Shown piece after piece: positions 18,000-27,173 of a stretch of 64,000 bases of DNA. The stretch is from a virus, in the IMG/VR virus record IMGVR_UViG_3300025009_000004, positions 32,001-96,000 of that record; one strand, 5' to 3'. Within the stretch, counting starts at the first letter, position 1. Every line of letters starts with the position of its first letter. The translations under genes were made by a program, and so were the position numbers. The notes below the pieces were generated by a model. The model ran no database searches and had not been told where the DNA came from. It saw only the letters and a list, made by a program, of their open reading frames with translations.

Positions 18000-19667
18000 A
18001 TGATAAAAAATATATCACTGAAATCAATAGGTAAATTTAAAGATGTTTCGTTTGACTTGTCGGATAAAGTTAATATAATCACTGGTCCTAATAGGGCGGG
18101 AAAATCTACACTAAAGAACGCGATACAGTTTTCCTTAACTGGTGACTGCTCAGACCGTGATAAGAAAGATTTAATATCAACAATTGAACTTGGCAAAGCA
18201 GAGATATCAGCAGTAATTGATTACAAAGGCGAACACAAAATAGTTCGTAAACTTGAGCCGGCTTCAATAACTTATGATGGCATTAAGAAAGCGGTATCAA
18301 GAAAAAAAGACATTGATGCGTTAGAGGCAGAAGGCTTTAATAAATATGTATTAACAATGCTCTGTGATAACTATAATTTCTTCTTAATGTCACCGGAAGT
18401 TCAAGAGAAGATATTATTTAATTACTTCTCTGGCGATGCGGCTATTGATCTATCATCATATAAACTAAAGCCAGAAGAACTTAATGAGTTCTACGGTATG
18501 ACAAGCTCGACAATACCATTATTCTATAAGAAGTTCTACGATGAGCGCACATCACAGAAACATGTACTATCAACGATTAAAACAACAATACAGAATAATG
18601 AAGCAGCGATTAAAGAGCTTGGTGATAGCGTAGCATCACATGGTGATGTCGTTGCACAGAAAGAAAAACTTGAGAAATTATATACACAGATGTCGCAAGT
18701 TCCTCAGAATTTCTTCGCACAGCTAACGTCAACAAGCGAAATGCTCAAGGATGTAATGAGGCTGGCATATATGTCTGAATTTAAATCTCGTATAGATGCC
18801 ATTAACGCACAGAGGTTGGCGAATAAGAATAGCATAGATAAATGTTCTAGGTTTGCAGGGAAATGTCCGTTATCAGAAAACATTCCATGCTCATCTTCTG
18901 GTGCGATAAATGCCTATATAACGTCATTGGTTGCCGAGAATGCTAAATTAAAAGATGAAATCCAGGCACTGATCGCTTTAGATAAAGAAGCAGAGGATAA
19001 ATTTAAAGCCGAACAACAGGAAAGAATAAGACAGGCAACATTTGCTGTCAGCAATGCACAGAAAGAACTCGATGCCGCTGTTGCAATGAATACAAAGCAA
19101 AACGAATTAGCAGCAGAAAATAATTTAAAACTTAAACTTGAAATAGATAAACTTGACCTTATTCTAATTAACTTCGCTAAAATGGAACAGCTCGATAATG
19201 AGATACAGAAGTTAGAACAAGAAGAAAATAGAATTACAAAGCGCGTCGCTGATTTAGAAAGATATTTAGAGATAACCGGCAAAGGAACTAATGGGATCGT
19301 TGCTTCATCTGTTGGGTCTAATATCGATTCATTCTTTGAAGCAGTTAACGAACAGGCAAAAGAATTTGGTTTTGTTTTTGAAAAGAATCATGGAGTAACA
19401 GAGTTTGGCATTCTTGTTAATTCAAAGACAGTTAATATGTTGAGTTCATCAGAAAAAATAATAGCTTCCGTTGCAATTCAGGTTGCAATAGCAAAGATTT
19501 CAGGGTATAATATCATAATGGTTGATGATGTAGAAGTGATGGAGGCGAAGTACATAATGGACTTAGTAGAGAAATTATCCTACTCCAAAATACAGGCAAT
19601 TATTGTCGGACATAGCCTTCATTCTTCACTCTTTCAGCCTGACATGGTTAATATAATTCAACTTTAG
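18000..19667 (+). CDS. Rad50/SbcC-like SMC ATPase
   Basis: Walker A GPNRAGKST, long coiled coil with central CPL...C hook, LSSSE signature, IIMVDDVE, VGH. Confidence 0.8.
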   Translation: MIKNISLKSIGKFKDVSFDLSDKVNIITGPNRAGKSTLKNAIQFSLTGDCSDRDKKDLISTIELGKAEISAVIDYKGEHKIVRKLEPASITYDGIKKAVSRKKDIDALEAEGFNKYVLTMLCDNYNFFLMSPEVQEKILFNYFSGDAAIDLSSYKLKPEELNEFYGMTSSTIPLFYKKFYDERTSQKHVLSTIKTTIQNNEAAIKELGDSVASHGDVVAQKEKLEKLYTQMSQVPQNFFAQLTSTSEMLKDVMRLAYMSEFKSRIDAINAQRLANKNSIDKCSRFAGKCPLSENIPCSSSGAINAYITSLVAENAKLKDEIQALIALDKEAEDKFKAEQQERIRQATFAVSNAQKELDAAVAMNTKQNELAAENNLKLKLEIDKLDLILINFAKMEQLDNEIQKLEQEENRITKRVADLERYLEITGKGTNGIVASSVGSNIDSFFEAVNEQAKEFGFVFEKNHGVTEFGILVNSKTVNMLSSSEKIIASVAIQVAIAKISGYNIIMVDDVEVMEAKYIMDLVEKLSYSKIQAIIVGHSLHSSLFQPDMVNIIQL

Positions 19668-19693
19668 GCAATTGGTTTTAAATTAATAACTGG

Positions 19694-19724
19694 GAAAGCG
19701 GCTGTGAAATATCAGTCGCTTTTT
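19694..19724 (+). terminator. intrinsic terminator
   Basis: GAAAGCGGCTG...CAGTCGCTTTTT. Confidence 0.7.
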
Positions 19725-19744
19725 CATACGAAAGAGGGAATGAA

Positions 19745-22105
19745 ATGACTAATCCAGAGATTAAGGTAAAGCGAAGAGGAAGAACAAAAAAAGACAGTAC
19801 CCAGATTCAAATGATGGTTGAATCCAACACGAATGATATTTATGAAATATTTGATAAATCAGTAATTATAAAATCCCTAGTTAAAGGCTGTGATATAAAT
19901 GAAGTCGAAGCTTTAAAGATAGCGGATAATGTAGAGAAAACCCTTATTAAGTCAGAGCTTACTACCATTTCATCTTCTTATATTCGTCAGTTAATAAATG
20001 AAATATTGCGTAGTATGAATTATGAAAAATGGTTGAAATATAATAGCCTGTCGATAGCAGTAGAAGACATAAGGCAGCTTATCGAGGAACAAAATAAAGA
20101 AAACAGTAATACTAGTTTCGGAGCTGAATCGATAAATCTAACCGTTGCCGGCCAGATATTAAAACAATATGCGTTTAGAGAATGCATTGACCCAAAGGTA
20201 ACAGAGGCTCATTTACACGGGGATATCTACGTTCATGACGCCGATTTTTTCGCATTAAGGCCCTACTGCAGCGGCAATTCAATAGAATATATAAAGAAAT
20301 ATGGGTTGCGACTCCCCAATATGATTCATTCTAATCCAGCGCAGCATGCGTTGGTTCTGGTAAATCACTTTCAATGCTTTGCCAGTTATTTGCAAGGATT
20401 GTTCGCAGGCGCGATAGGCGCTGATGCAGTAAATGTTTTCTTCGCCCCATTCTTAGAAGGCATGGAATATAAAGAGATAAAACAAGTGGCACAGCATCTT
20501 ATTTTTAGTTTTGCACAATTAGCCGCTAATCGTGGCGCTCAGGTTGTATTCAGCGATTTTAATTTATTTTTTCATGTTCCTAAGCATTATGAGAATACTC
20601 CGGCTATTGGACTAGGCGGAAAATATACAGGAAAAAACTATAAAGAATATGAAAAAGAGGCCAGATTATTTTTAAAGGCCATATTTGAGGTGGCAATGGA
20701 AGGAGACGCGAATGGCGCAAACTTTCCATTCCCGAAGCTAGATGTTCATGTTGATGATCGATGTTTTAATGCCGATGATGGATTAGTTGACTTAATGTGT
20801 GAATTAAACTCTAAGCGAGGGTCTGCATATGTTATATATGATAGAGGAGACGAGGTAAAGATATCCGAGTGTTGCCGTATGCAATCCTCTTTAACCGATG
20901 AACAAGTAAGAGAGGCATCTTTACATCCAGAGGAAATGCGATTTAGCGCATGGGCCAATTGTAGCATTATATTGCCGCGAATCGCCTATAAATACAAAAA
21001 AATGGATGATATATATAAAGAAATTGACAGACTCATGGATTTAGCTATGGTCGCACATAAAAATAAATATGACCAGATATGCAAATTAATGGCCCTTGGA
21101 GAAAATGGGCCAATGGGATTTCTGGCGAAAGGCATGGACGGAAAACCATATTTAAAGATTGAGGATGCTAAATTTTTAATAGGTATGATCGGCCTTAACG
21201 AAATGGTTCAATGTTTATGTCAAGAGCAGCTTCATGAATCTGAAAGTGCATTGATTTTAGGGCTTAATATCATGGCATATTTATATCAGTCAATGGAACG
21301 GCATGCAAATAAATATAATCTAAAATGCGCAATTGAACAGACGCCAGGAGAAAGCCTCGCCATGCGATCTGCACTGGCTGACGTAAAACATTTCCCTGAG
21401 GCGATACAATATGTCAAAGGCGATATTAAAAGTGGGGACATATATTATACAAATAGTGTTCACCTTCCATATGACGCTAAAGTTGATATATTAACCCGAA
21501 TAGTTAAACAATCTAAGTTTGACCCGTTAATAAAAGCTGGTAGCATTACTCATATTTGGCATTCTGATATAGAACCTGACCCACAGTCGTTAAAGACTTT
21601 ATATAAATATACGTTAGAGAAAACAAATACTGTTCAAACGGCGGATAGCCCTGAGTTCACCATATGTCCTGATTGCCATAAGGCTACTAGAGGATTATTT
21701 GATAAATGTCCATCTTGCGGGTCAACGGCAGCGTATGGCATAGGGAGAATAACAGGATATTACAGCCCAATAAGGTCGTGGAGCAAAGGCAAATCAGCAG
21801 AGCTTAAAGATCGCACAAGGGTCAACTTTGATATGCCCGTTTATAATTCTAAATCAGATAACATTGAAAAGATATTGTTCTTCTCAACGCCTAATTGTTC
21901 CAAATGTGATGATTTAAAACATATACTCGCAGAGAAACAGATACAGTTAGAGGTCATTGATACTCAAACATCAGAGGGATTAGCTTTGGGGTGCTACTAT
22001 GACGTTGTTGAACTTCCATGCCTCGCTAAAGTAAAAGGCGATAAGGTTATATCAAAGATATCTGGCAAAGGTTCATATTTAAAATGGCTTAAAGAGAATA
22101 AATAA
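19745..22105 (+). CDS. nrdD: anaerobic (class III) ribonucleoside-triphosphate reductase with ATP cone and fused C-terminal glutaredoxin/NrdH-like domain
   Basis: YVHD...PYC, FPFP, SECCR, YYTNS, CPDC/CPSC, glycyl loop RITGYY; tail FSTPNCSKC...VVELPCL. Confidence 0.93.
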   Translation: MTNPEIKVKRRGRTKKDSTQIQMMVESNTNDIYEIFDKSVIIKSLVKGCDINEVEALKIADNVEKTLIKSELTTISSSYIRQLINEILRSMNYEKWLKYNSLSIAVEDIRQLIEEQNKENSNTSFGAESINLTVAGQILKQYAFRECIDPKVTEAHLHGDIYVHDADFFALRPYCSGNSIEYIKKYGLRLPNMIHSNPAQHALVLVNHFQCFASYLQGLFAGAIGADAVNVFFAPFLEGMEYKEIKQVAQHLIFSFAQLAANRGAQVVFSDFNLFFHVPKHYENTPAIGLGGKYTGKNYKEYEKEARLFLKAIFEVAMEGDANGANFPFPKLDVHVDDRCFNADDGLVDLMCELNSKRGSAYVIYDRGDEVKISECCRMQSSLTDEQVREASLHPEEMRFSAWANCSIILPRIAYKYKKMDDIYKEIDRLMDLAMVAHKNKYDQICKLMALGENGPMGFLAKGMDGKPYLKIEDAKFLIGMIGLNEMVQCLCQEQLHESESALILGLNIMAYLYQSMERHANKYNLKCAIEQTPGESLAMRSALADVKHFPEAIQYVKGDIKSGDIYYTNSVHLPYDAKVDILTRIVKQSKFDPLIKAGSITHIWHSDIEPDPQSLKTLYKYTLEKTNTVQTADSPEFTICPDCHKATRGLFDKCPSCGSTAAYGIGRITGYYSPIRSWSKGKSAELKDRTRVNFDMPVYNSKSDNIEKILFFSTPNCSKCDDLKHILAEKQIQLEVIDTQTSEGLALGCYYDVVELPCLAKVKGDKVISKISGKGSYLKWLKENK

Positions 22106-22116
22106 AGGAGTTTATT

Positions 22117-22311
22117 ATGCCAGAAAATAACGATAATAATTATCAATTAATAATATCTAAAGACGATATGCCTCACTTTAAAAACATATTATTATCGAGT
22201 TTAAATTCATGTACTTATTTATCAAAACGAGGGAAGCGCATTGCTCAAAAAATATTAAAAGATGAATTTAATATTGACGTAAACATAAGTAGTACGGGTG
22301 GACATAGATAA
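22117..22311 (+). CDS. hypothetical protein
   Basis: AAGGAG RBS. Confidence 0.6.
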   Translation: MPENNDNNYQLIISKDDMPHFKNILLSSLNSCTYLSKRGKRIAQKILKDEFNIDVNISSTGGHR

Positions 22312-22314
22312 ACA

Positions 22315-22339
22315 GAGAGGGGCCTTGGCCCCTTTCTTT
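22315..22339 (+). terminator. possible intrinsic terminator
   Basis: AGAGGGGCC-TT-GGCCCCTTTCTTT hairpin with a T-rich tail. Confidence 0.5.
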
Positions 22340-22351
22340 AAGGAGATATAT

Positions 22352-22612
22352 ATGAAAAATATGACAGCATTCGATGTTGATAAATTTGGGTCATTATGCT
22401 TTACCATACAATATCAGAGTGGCGGAAATCTTATTAATCAAGAACTATTAAATTTAAAGGATAATAAAAACGCAACGGTACAGGATTTATTAACGGCTAT
22501 GGGCATAAAGTTAAATGATAAAATAAATTGTCATATAATTGAGAATGTTCAAGAAGATATGCCTTTTTATTGTAACTTAAATGTTGTATGTGAATACGGG
22601 TCAGTTGAATAA
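22352..22612 (+). CDS. hypothetical protein
   Basis: AAGGAG RBS before the ATG at 22352. Confidence 0.6.
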   Translation: MKNMTAFDVDKFGSLCFTIQYQSGGNLINQELLNLKDNKNATVQDLLTAMGIKLNDKINCHIIENVQEDMPFYCNLNVVCEYGSVE

Positions 22613-22621
22613 GGAGATATA

Positions 22622-23233
22622 ATGGAATACAATCGTGATTTTAAACGCAATATAAAAGCATTTGGTTATCATAGGTCATCATTAGTCGATTATCCTGGAG
22701 AAGTGGCTGGCGTATTGTTTCTTAAGTATTGTAACCTGTCATGTGACTACTGCCATAATGCAAAGAATATGAACTTCCTTGAATCTAAAACTGAAGAGCA
22801 ATTTAATGATATTCTTAATGATATGATATGCAGTCCATCAACCGGATTGGTAATAACAGGGGGGGAACCCCTTTTGTATGGTCGGGACGCTTTGTTAATG
22901 CTTAAACACCTAAGGTCATGTACCAAAAAGAAAATTAAATTAGATACCAATGGAACAATGCCAGAAGTATTAAAGCCCATCATTAAAGACAAACTCGTTG
23001 ATATGATTGCCATGGATGTCAAGGGCCATTTCGATAACTATGAGAAGTTTGGCTATCATGGAGATAAATCATTGCTATATGAAAGCGCCTTTATGATAAG
23101 AACAAGTAATATACCGTATCAATTCAGAACAACAATGTGGTCTGGCCTTGACTCGAATGATTATGGATTTATACTTAAAAACTTCCCAGATATACGATGG
23201 CAGAAGGAAATAAAAGAATTATCTAATATTTAA
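22622..23233 (+). CDS. nrdG: class III RNR activating enzyme (radical SAM)
   Basis: SLVDYPG, CNLSCDYCHN, ITGGEP, KLDTNG, AMDVK. Confidence 0.92.
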   Translation: MEYNRDFKRNIKAFGYHRSSLVDYPGEVAGVLFLKYCNLSCDYCHNAKNMNFLESKTEEQFNDILNDMICSPSTGLVITGGEPLLYGRDALLMLKHLRSCTKKKIKLDTNGTMPEVLKPIIKDKLVDMIAMDVKGHFDNYEKFGYHGDKSLLYESAFMIRTSNIPYQFRTTMWSGLDSNDYGFILKNFPDIRWQKEIKELSNI

Positions 23234-23241
23234 GAATGTTC

Positions 23242-23270
23242 TTGACATTCTATTTAAATTATGATATTAT
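23242..23270 (+). promoter_or_regulatory. sigma70-type promoter
   Basis: TTGACA-17 nt-TATTAT with extended -10 TG; preceded by TAAGAATGTTC. Confidence 0.8.
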
Positions 23271-23293
23271 AGTAAATATGGAGGAGATAATAT

Positions 23294-23947
23294 ATGGGAG
23301 AACTTCATCTAATAGTTATCAGAGGGCGCAATGGCGTTGGCAAAGATACATTTGCATGGCATATCATGGATATGTGTAAAAACTTTAACATCAGTACAAA
23401 GCTATGTCCTTTTGCCGATGCGGTTCGTAAAGAAGCAGCAGAGGTTTATAATCTTGATTATGATAAATTATGCACTGACTATGTTTATAAAGATTTAAAC
23501 AGGCATTTGTTAATCAAAATAGGCAATAAAAGAAGAGAAGAAGATAATTTATATTGGTTTAATAAGAATTGGGAAAACATACAGAAGTGGTATAAAGAGC
23601 AGACATCCGAATATAGCATAGGCATTATAAACGATTGCAGATATAATAACGAAATGTATGGCGCCGAACTATTACAGCGTGATGAGAAGATAGATAAAGC
23701 ATGGCCTGTTTATATATATGCTAACGATGTATCAATGCTTAAGCGCCTGGGTCACGATCTCAAACGATATGCTAACTGGAAATTACTTGAGAATGATGTA
23801 TCAGAGAGAGATGTAAGAATTGACAATTATCCATACTATATGATTGTAGATAACTCAAACGATAAATCATTTCTTTATATGGATGCAGCCAAGATAATAA
23901 GTCAGATAACTAATATAGGAATGGTTGAACTGATTAACAAGATATAG
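23294..23947 (+). CDS. deoxynucleoside monophosphate kinase-like P-loop protein
   Basis: GRNGVGKDT, FADAVR, INDCRYNNE, SE...IVDN. Confidence 0.75.
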   Translation: MGELHLIVIRGRNGVGKDTFAWHIMDMCKNFNISTKLCPFADAVRKEAAEVYNLDYDKLCTDYVYKDLNRHLLIKIGNKRREEDNLYWFNKNWENIQKWYKEQTSEYSIGIINDCRYNNEMYGAELLQRDEKIDKAWPVYIYANDVSMLKRLGHDLKRYANWKLLENDVSERDVRIDNYPYYMIVDNSNDKSFLYMDAAKIISQITNIGMVELINKI

Positions 23948-23968
23948 GGATTTGTAAGGAGCGAATAA

Positions 23969-26089
23969 ATGGTTAAAAGAGCGAAGAAAGAGAATATAAC
24001 ATGGGAACCAATCGAAGGGTTAGAGCATAGCGAATCAGTCATGTATTCAAAAACAGAAGATACGGTAACAGAAGGAGATCGCATACCTACATCATCGTTT
24101 AAATATATGAAGTTTAATTATGAATCTTTTAATCCGATGCAGAGCAAAGTAATTCCGCACATAGACAGCGGGGCGAACATATTGGTGTCAAGCCCCACAG
24201 CAAGCGGCAAAACAGTGGTTATCGAAGCATGCGCTGCTTATGCAATATCCAAAGGCAAGAAAGCGATATATATATCTCCACAGAAGTCATTGTCAAACGA
24301 AAAGTTAAGTGAATGGGAAGATTTAGAGCATGATTTCGCTCAGTATAAAATAGGAATACTTACTGGCGATTTCACTAAAACATCGGCAACTATGGCTAAC
24401 TTAAATAACTGCGATTTAATAATACTTACAAATGAAATGTTAAATAGTGTAGCTAGAGTAGCAAGGCCAGATAAAGAAGAATATAGCTGGCTATTCTCTG
24501 TGGGAGCGGTTATCATCGACGAAATTCATTTAGTCGGGGATAGAAATCGAGGGGATAAACTCGAAGTGGCACTTATGTTATGTGCAGAGTTATGCCCAGA
24601 ATCAAGAATCTATATGTTCAGCGCAACCGCCCCTAATATTGAAGATTTACAGAAATGGGTTCAAAAGATTACAAACAGAGAAACATTAATGTTTAAAAGT
24701 AATTATCGCCCATGCACTGTTACTAGGCATTATATAAAAGTGTCTCCAACCACATCAGAAAAACAAGCCAAAGTGGAGTTAACAAAGCATTTAGTAAATC
24801 ACAAGCCTGATGAAATATTCTTGACATTTATTGGAGCAAAGAAATACGGCGCACATGTTATGAACGAATGCATCGAAAGCGGTATTGATACTAAATTTTT
24901 TAAGGCCGATCTGTCTATACAAGAAAGAAACGAACTATACCGAGCCTTTTGTAATAAAGAATTTCGCCATATGGTCGCTAGCACGGCGATTTCAGCCGGA
25001 ATAAATTTGCCCGCCCGCAACGTGATCGTATCTGATATGAATCATGGCGCACAGCAGATTGTGTCTACAACAAACTTAATTCAAGAGATTGGTCGCGCTG
25101 GTCGCCCCAAATATGATAAAGTTGGCGATGCTTATATATTTATTAAAGATGGGAAGAACTTTAAACGCGACTTTGAAAGAGTTCAAAAAGGCGAATCGGT
25201 TATATCACAGCTACAAGATGCCGATACATTAGCGTTTCATGTTCTCGCAGAAGTATATAATAAAAAAATAAAAAATCCAGAAGATTTAATAAAGTGGTAT
25301 GAAAAAACATTAGCATGCTATCAGACACGCGCTATGGAGTTTTATGAAGCGAAAGAGGTATTTAATCGTCTATTAAAGTGCGGCTGTATTATTCTTGATG
25401 TTGATGGAGAAAATTACACGATAACTCAAACTGGCATAATCGGAGTGTGCTTCTATCTTCTCCCAGAGGACTTGTTAGCATGGAAGAAAAACTTTGATAT
25501 ATTCTATAAAGTTAAAGGAGAAAATAGCCTAACATTACATCAGCAGGATTTATTGTTCGCCCAGGCTTTATCACACATCCCCACATGGGAAGTTAAACAG
25601 AAAGCATGGATATCGCAGGAAGAAATATCAATGGCATATGAGTTCTTCAATGTTCCTCTTAAAAAAGGTAGCGATAAAATAGCGTTAGGATATTATCTCA
25701 TACTTAATAGCGATGCATATCAATCAGCAATAGCGCAGGAGTCTAAAGTTAAATTCTTCCATAACACAATTGAACAGATTAAAATGGATAGCGAAAGAAT
25801 AATCAGCGCACTATCTTTACTTGATGTTAGAACCAAAAAATGGCAGCAGGGCGATTTCTGGTCAATGATGGCAACTCGCTTAAAATATGGAGTTCCGCCT
25901 GAAAGATTAGAATTATGTAAGGTAGAAGGCATTGGTGGTGCAAGGTCCAAAATGTTATGGGATAATGGCATTCGTAGCATCAACGATCTAATTAAGAATC
26001 AGCATAAAGTAAAAGAGATAGTTGGAGATAAAGTAGCAGATAAAATAATACCAAGCGCAATGACGTTAGGACAGGAAAGTTGGTGGTAG
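23969..26089 (+). CDS. SF2 DExH helicase, Ski2/Hel308-like, with C-terminal HhH
   Basis: FNPMQ, SPTASGKT, DEIH, SAT, GINLPAR, QEIGRAGRP, VEGIGGAR. Confidence 0.9.
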   Translation: MVKRAKKENITWEPIEGLEHSESVMYSKTEDTVTEGDRIPTSSFKYMKFNYESFNPMQSKVIPHIDSGANILVSSPTASGKTVVIEACAAYAISKGKKAIYISPQKSLSNEKLSEWEDLEHDFAQYKIGILTGDFTKTSATMANLNNCDLIILTNEMLNSVARVARPDKEEYSWLFSVGAVIIDEIHLVGDRNRGDKLEVALMLCAELCPESRIYMFSATAPNIEDLQKWVQKITNRETLMFKSNYRPCTVTRHYIKVSPTTSEKQAKVELTKHLVNHKPDEIFLTFIGAKKYGAHVMNECIESGIDTKFFKADLSIQERNELYRAFCNKEFRHMVASTAISAGINLPARNVIVSDMNHGAQQIVSTTNLIQEIGRAGRPKYDKVGDAYIFIKDGKNFKRDFERVQKGESVISQLQDADTLAFHVLAEVYNKKIKNPEDLIKWYEKTLACYQTRAMEFYEAKEVFNRLLKCGCIILDVDGENYTITQTGIIGVCFYLLPEDLLAWKKNFDIFYKVKGENSLTLHQQDLLFAQALSHIPTWEVKQKAWISQEEISMAYEFFNVPLKKGSDKIALGYYLILNSDAYQSAIAQESKVKFFHNTIEQIKMDSERIISALSLLDVRTKKWQQGDFWSMMATRLKYGVPPERLELCKVEGIGGARSKMLWDNGIRSINDLIKNQHKVKEIVGDKVADKIIPSAMTLGQESWW

Positions 26090-26090
26090 C

Positions 26091-26285
26091 ATGTATATTT
26101 TAATGAATGCCAAATGTGAACATTGTGATGGAAATATCGGGATAGTAGTTTATTGGGATGCAAAAAGAAAAGAAGAAGTTATAGATCATGGTCGCTGTAT
26201 TAATTGTTTAAGAAATATTGTTCTTCCATGTGAACCCTTTAGAGATTTTAAAAAATATTGTGTTAATATTGAATCAATAAATTAG
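26091..26285 (+). CDS. small zinc-ribbon protein
   Basis: CEHC and CINC. Confidence 0.55.
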   Translation: MYILMNAKCEHCDGNIGIVVYWDAKRKEEVIDHGRCINCLRNIVLPCEPFRDFKKYCVNIESIN

Positions 26286-26297
26286 GAATGGTGTAGT

Positions 26298-26534
26298 ATG
26301 AACAATAACAATATAACATGCTCAAATTTTTTCTGTCAATTTCAATATAACGCTAACATGTGCAGGGCGGGAATAACGTCTAATATATCAATGGATAAAA
26401 CTGGCAAATTAACATGTAGTAACTTTAGGCATATACGCAAACAATATGGATGTCAACTTGATTCATGTTTATATTTAAAAGATGGCCTATGCACAAAAGA
26501 TTATAAGTGCCAGCATTTAAAGGAGTTATCATGA
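26298..26534 (+). CDS. small Cys-rich protein
   Basis: repeated CxxxxC...C units. Confidence 0.55.
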   Translation: MNNNNITCSNFFCQFQYNANMCRAGITSNISMDKTGKLTCSNFRHIRKQYGCQLDSCLYLKDGLCTKDYKCQHLKELS

Positions 26535-26764
26535 TTAAATTTTGGGAAGTTGAATATGTAGCAGAGTTTAACGCACCTGGATATGAAGACTTAAATAATA
26601 AACCAGTTAAAAGAGCATATTTAATCGAGGCAAACGTAAATAAAGCAGTAGAGGACTGCAAGGTGTGGCTTAACAAGTTGAAAGAGAAGGGTATAGTAGG
26701 AAATATAATAAGAGACCCGTATTCATATGAAGTCTGGTCATATGATAAGGAGATATTTCTATGA
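26531..26764 (+). CDS. hypothetical protein
   Basis: AAGGAG RBS before the ATG at 26531. Confidence 0.6.
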   Translation: MIKFWEVEYVAEFNAPGYEDLNNKPVKRAYLIEANVNKAVEDCKVWLNKLKEKGIVGNIIRDPYSYEVWSYDKEIFL

Positions 26765-26976
26765 AAATACACTGGAAGTTAATAAACCAATATATAGAAA
26801 AAGCAGAGTGTGGATGCGACTGTAGTAGATATAATTGCGATGACAATGGCTGTCTTACTTATGTTAGTTGCGGTCCAAAAAATAGATGCCCTCGTCCTTG
26901 TAAACACTGTTTATATTGGACTGGATATGGCCTTGATTATGAAGATTCATTAGAAGAAAGTGGAGTGATTTTATGA
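26761..26976 (+). CDS. small Cys-rich protein
   Basis: AAGGAG RBS, ATGA coupling, many Cys. Confidence 0.55.
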   Translation: MKIHWKLINQYIEKAECGCDCSRYNCDDNGCLTYVSCGPKNRCPRPCKHCLYWTGYGLDYEDSLEESGVIL

Positions 26977-27173
26977 AACTTTCGTTTAAAGTTGGAGATA
27001 AGGTTCGGTTAATAACATCTACGGATAAAGATGAAGGCGTTATAACAAAGGTCGACAAAAAGATGTATAAAAACCTTAACAAAACAATATATACCGTTGA
27101 AAATGATAAGTTTATAGCTGAGTATATTTCAGATGAGGATATGCAGCTTATCGAAAAACGAGGCGCTAAATGA
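26973..27173 (+). CDS. small SH3/KOW-like beta-barrel protein
   Basis: FKVGDKVRL...EGVITKV pattern. Confidence 0.6.
   Translation: MKLSFKVGDKVRLITSTDKDEGVITKVDKKMYKNLNKTIYTVENDKFIAEYISDEDMQLIEKRGAK

Noticed and set aside
8381-26089. Inteins or introns in dnaB, dnaE, nrdD or the helicase
   Set aside because: Lengths are normal, with no intein splice motifs, LAGLIDADG inserts or frame breaks
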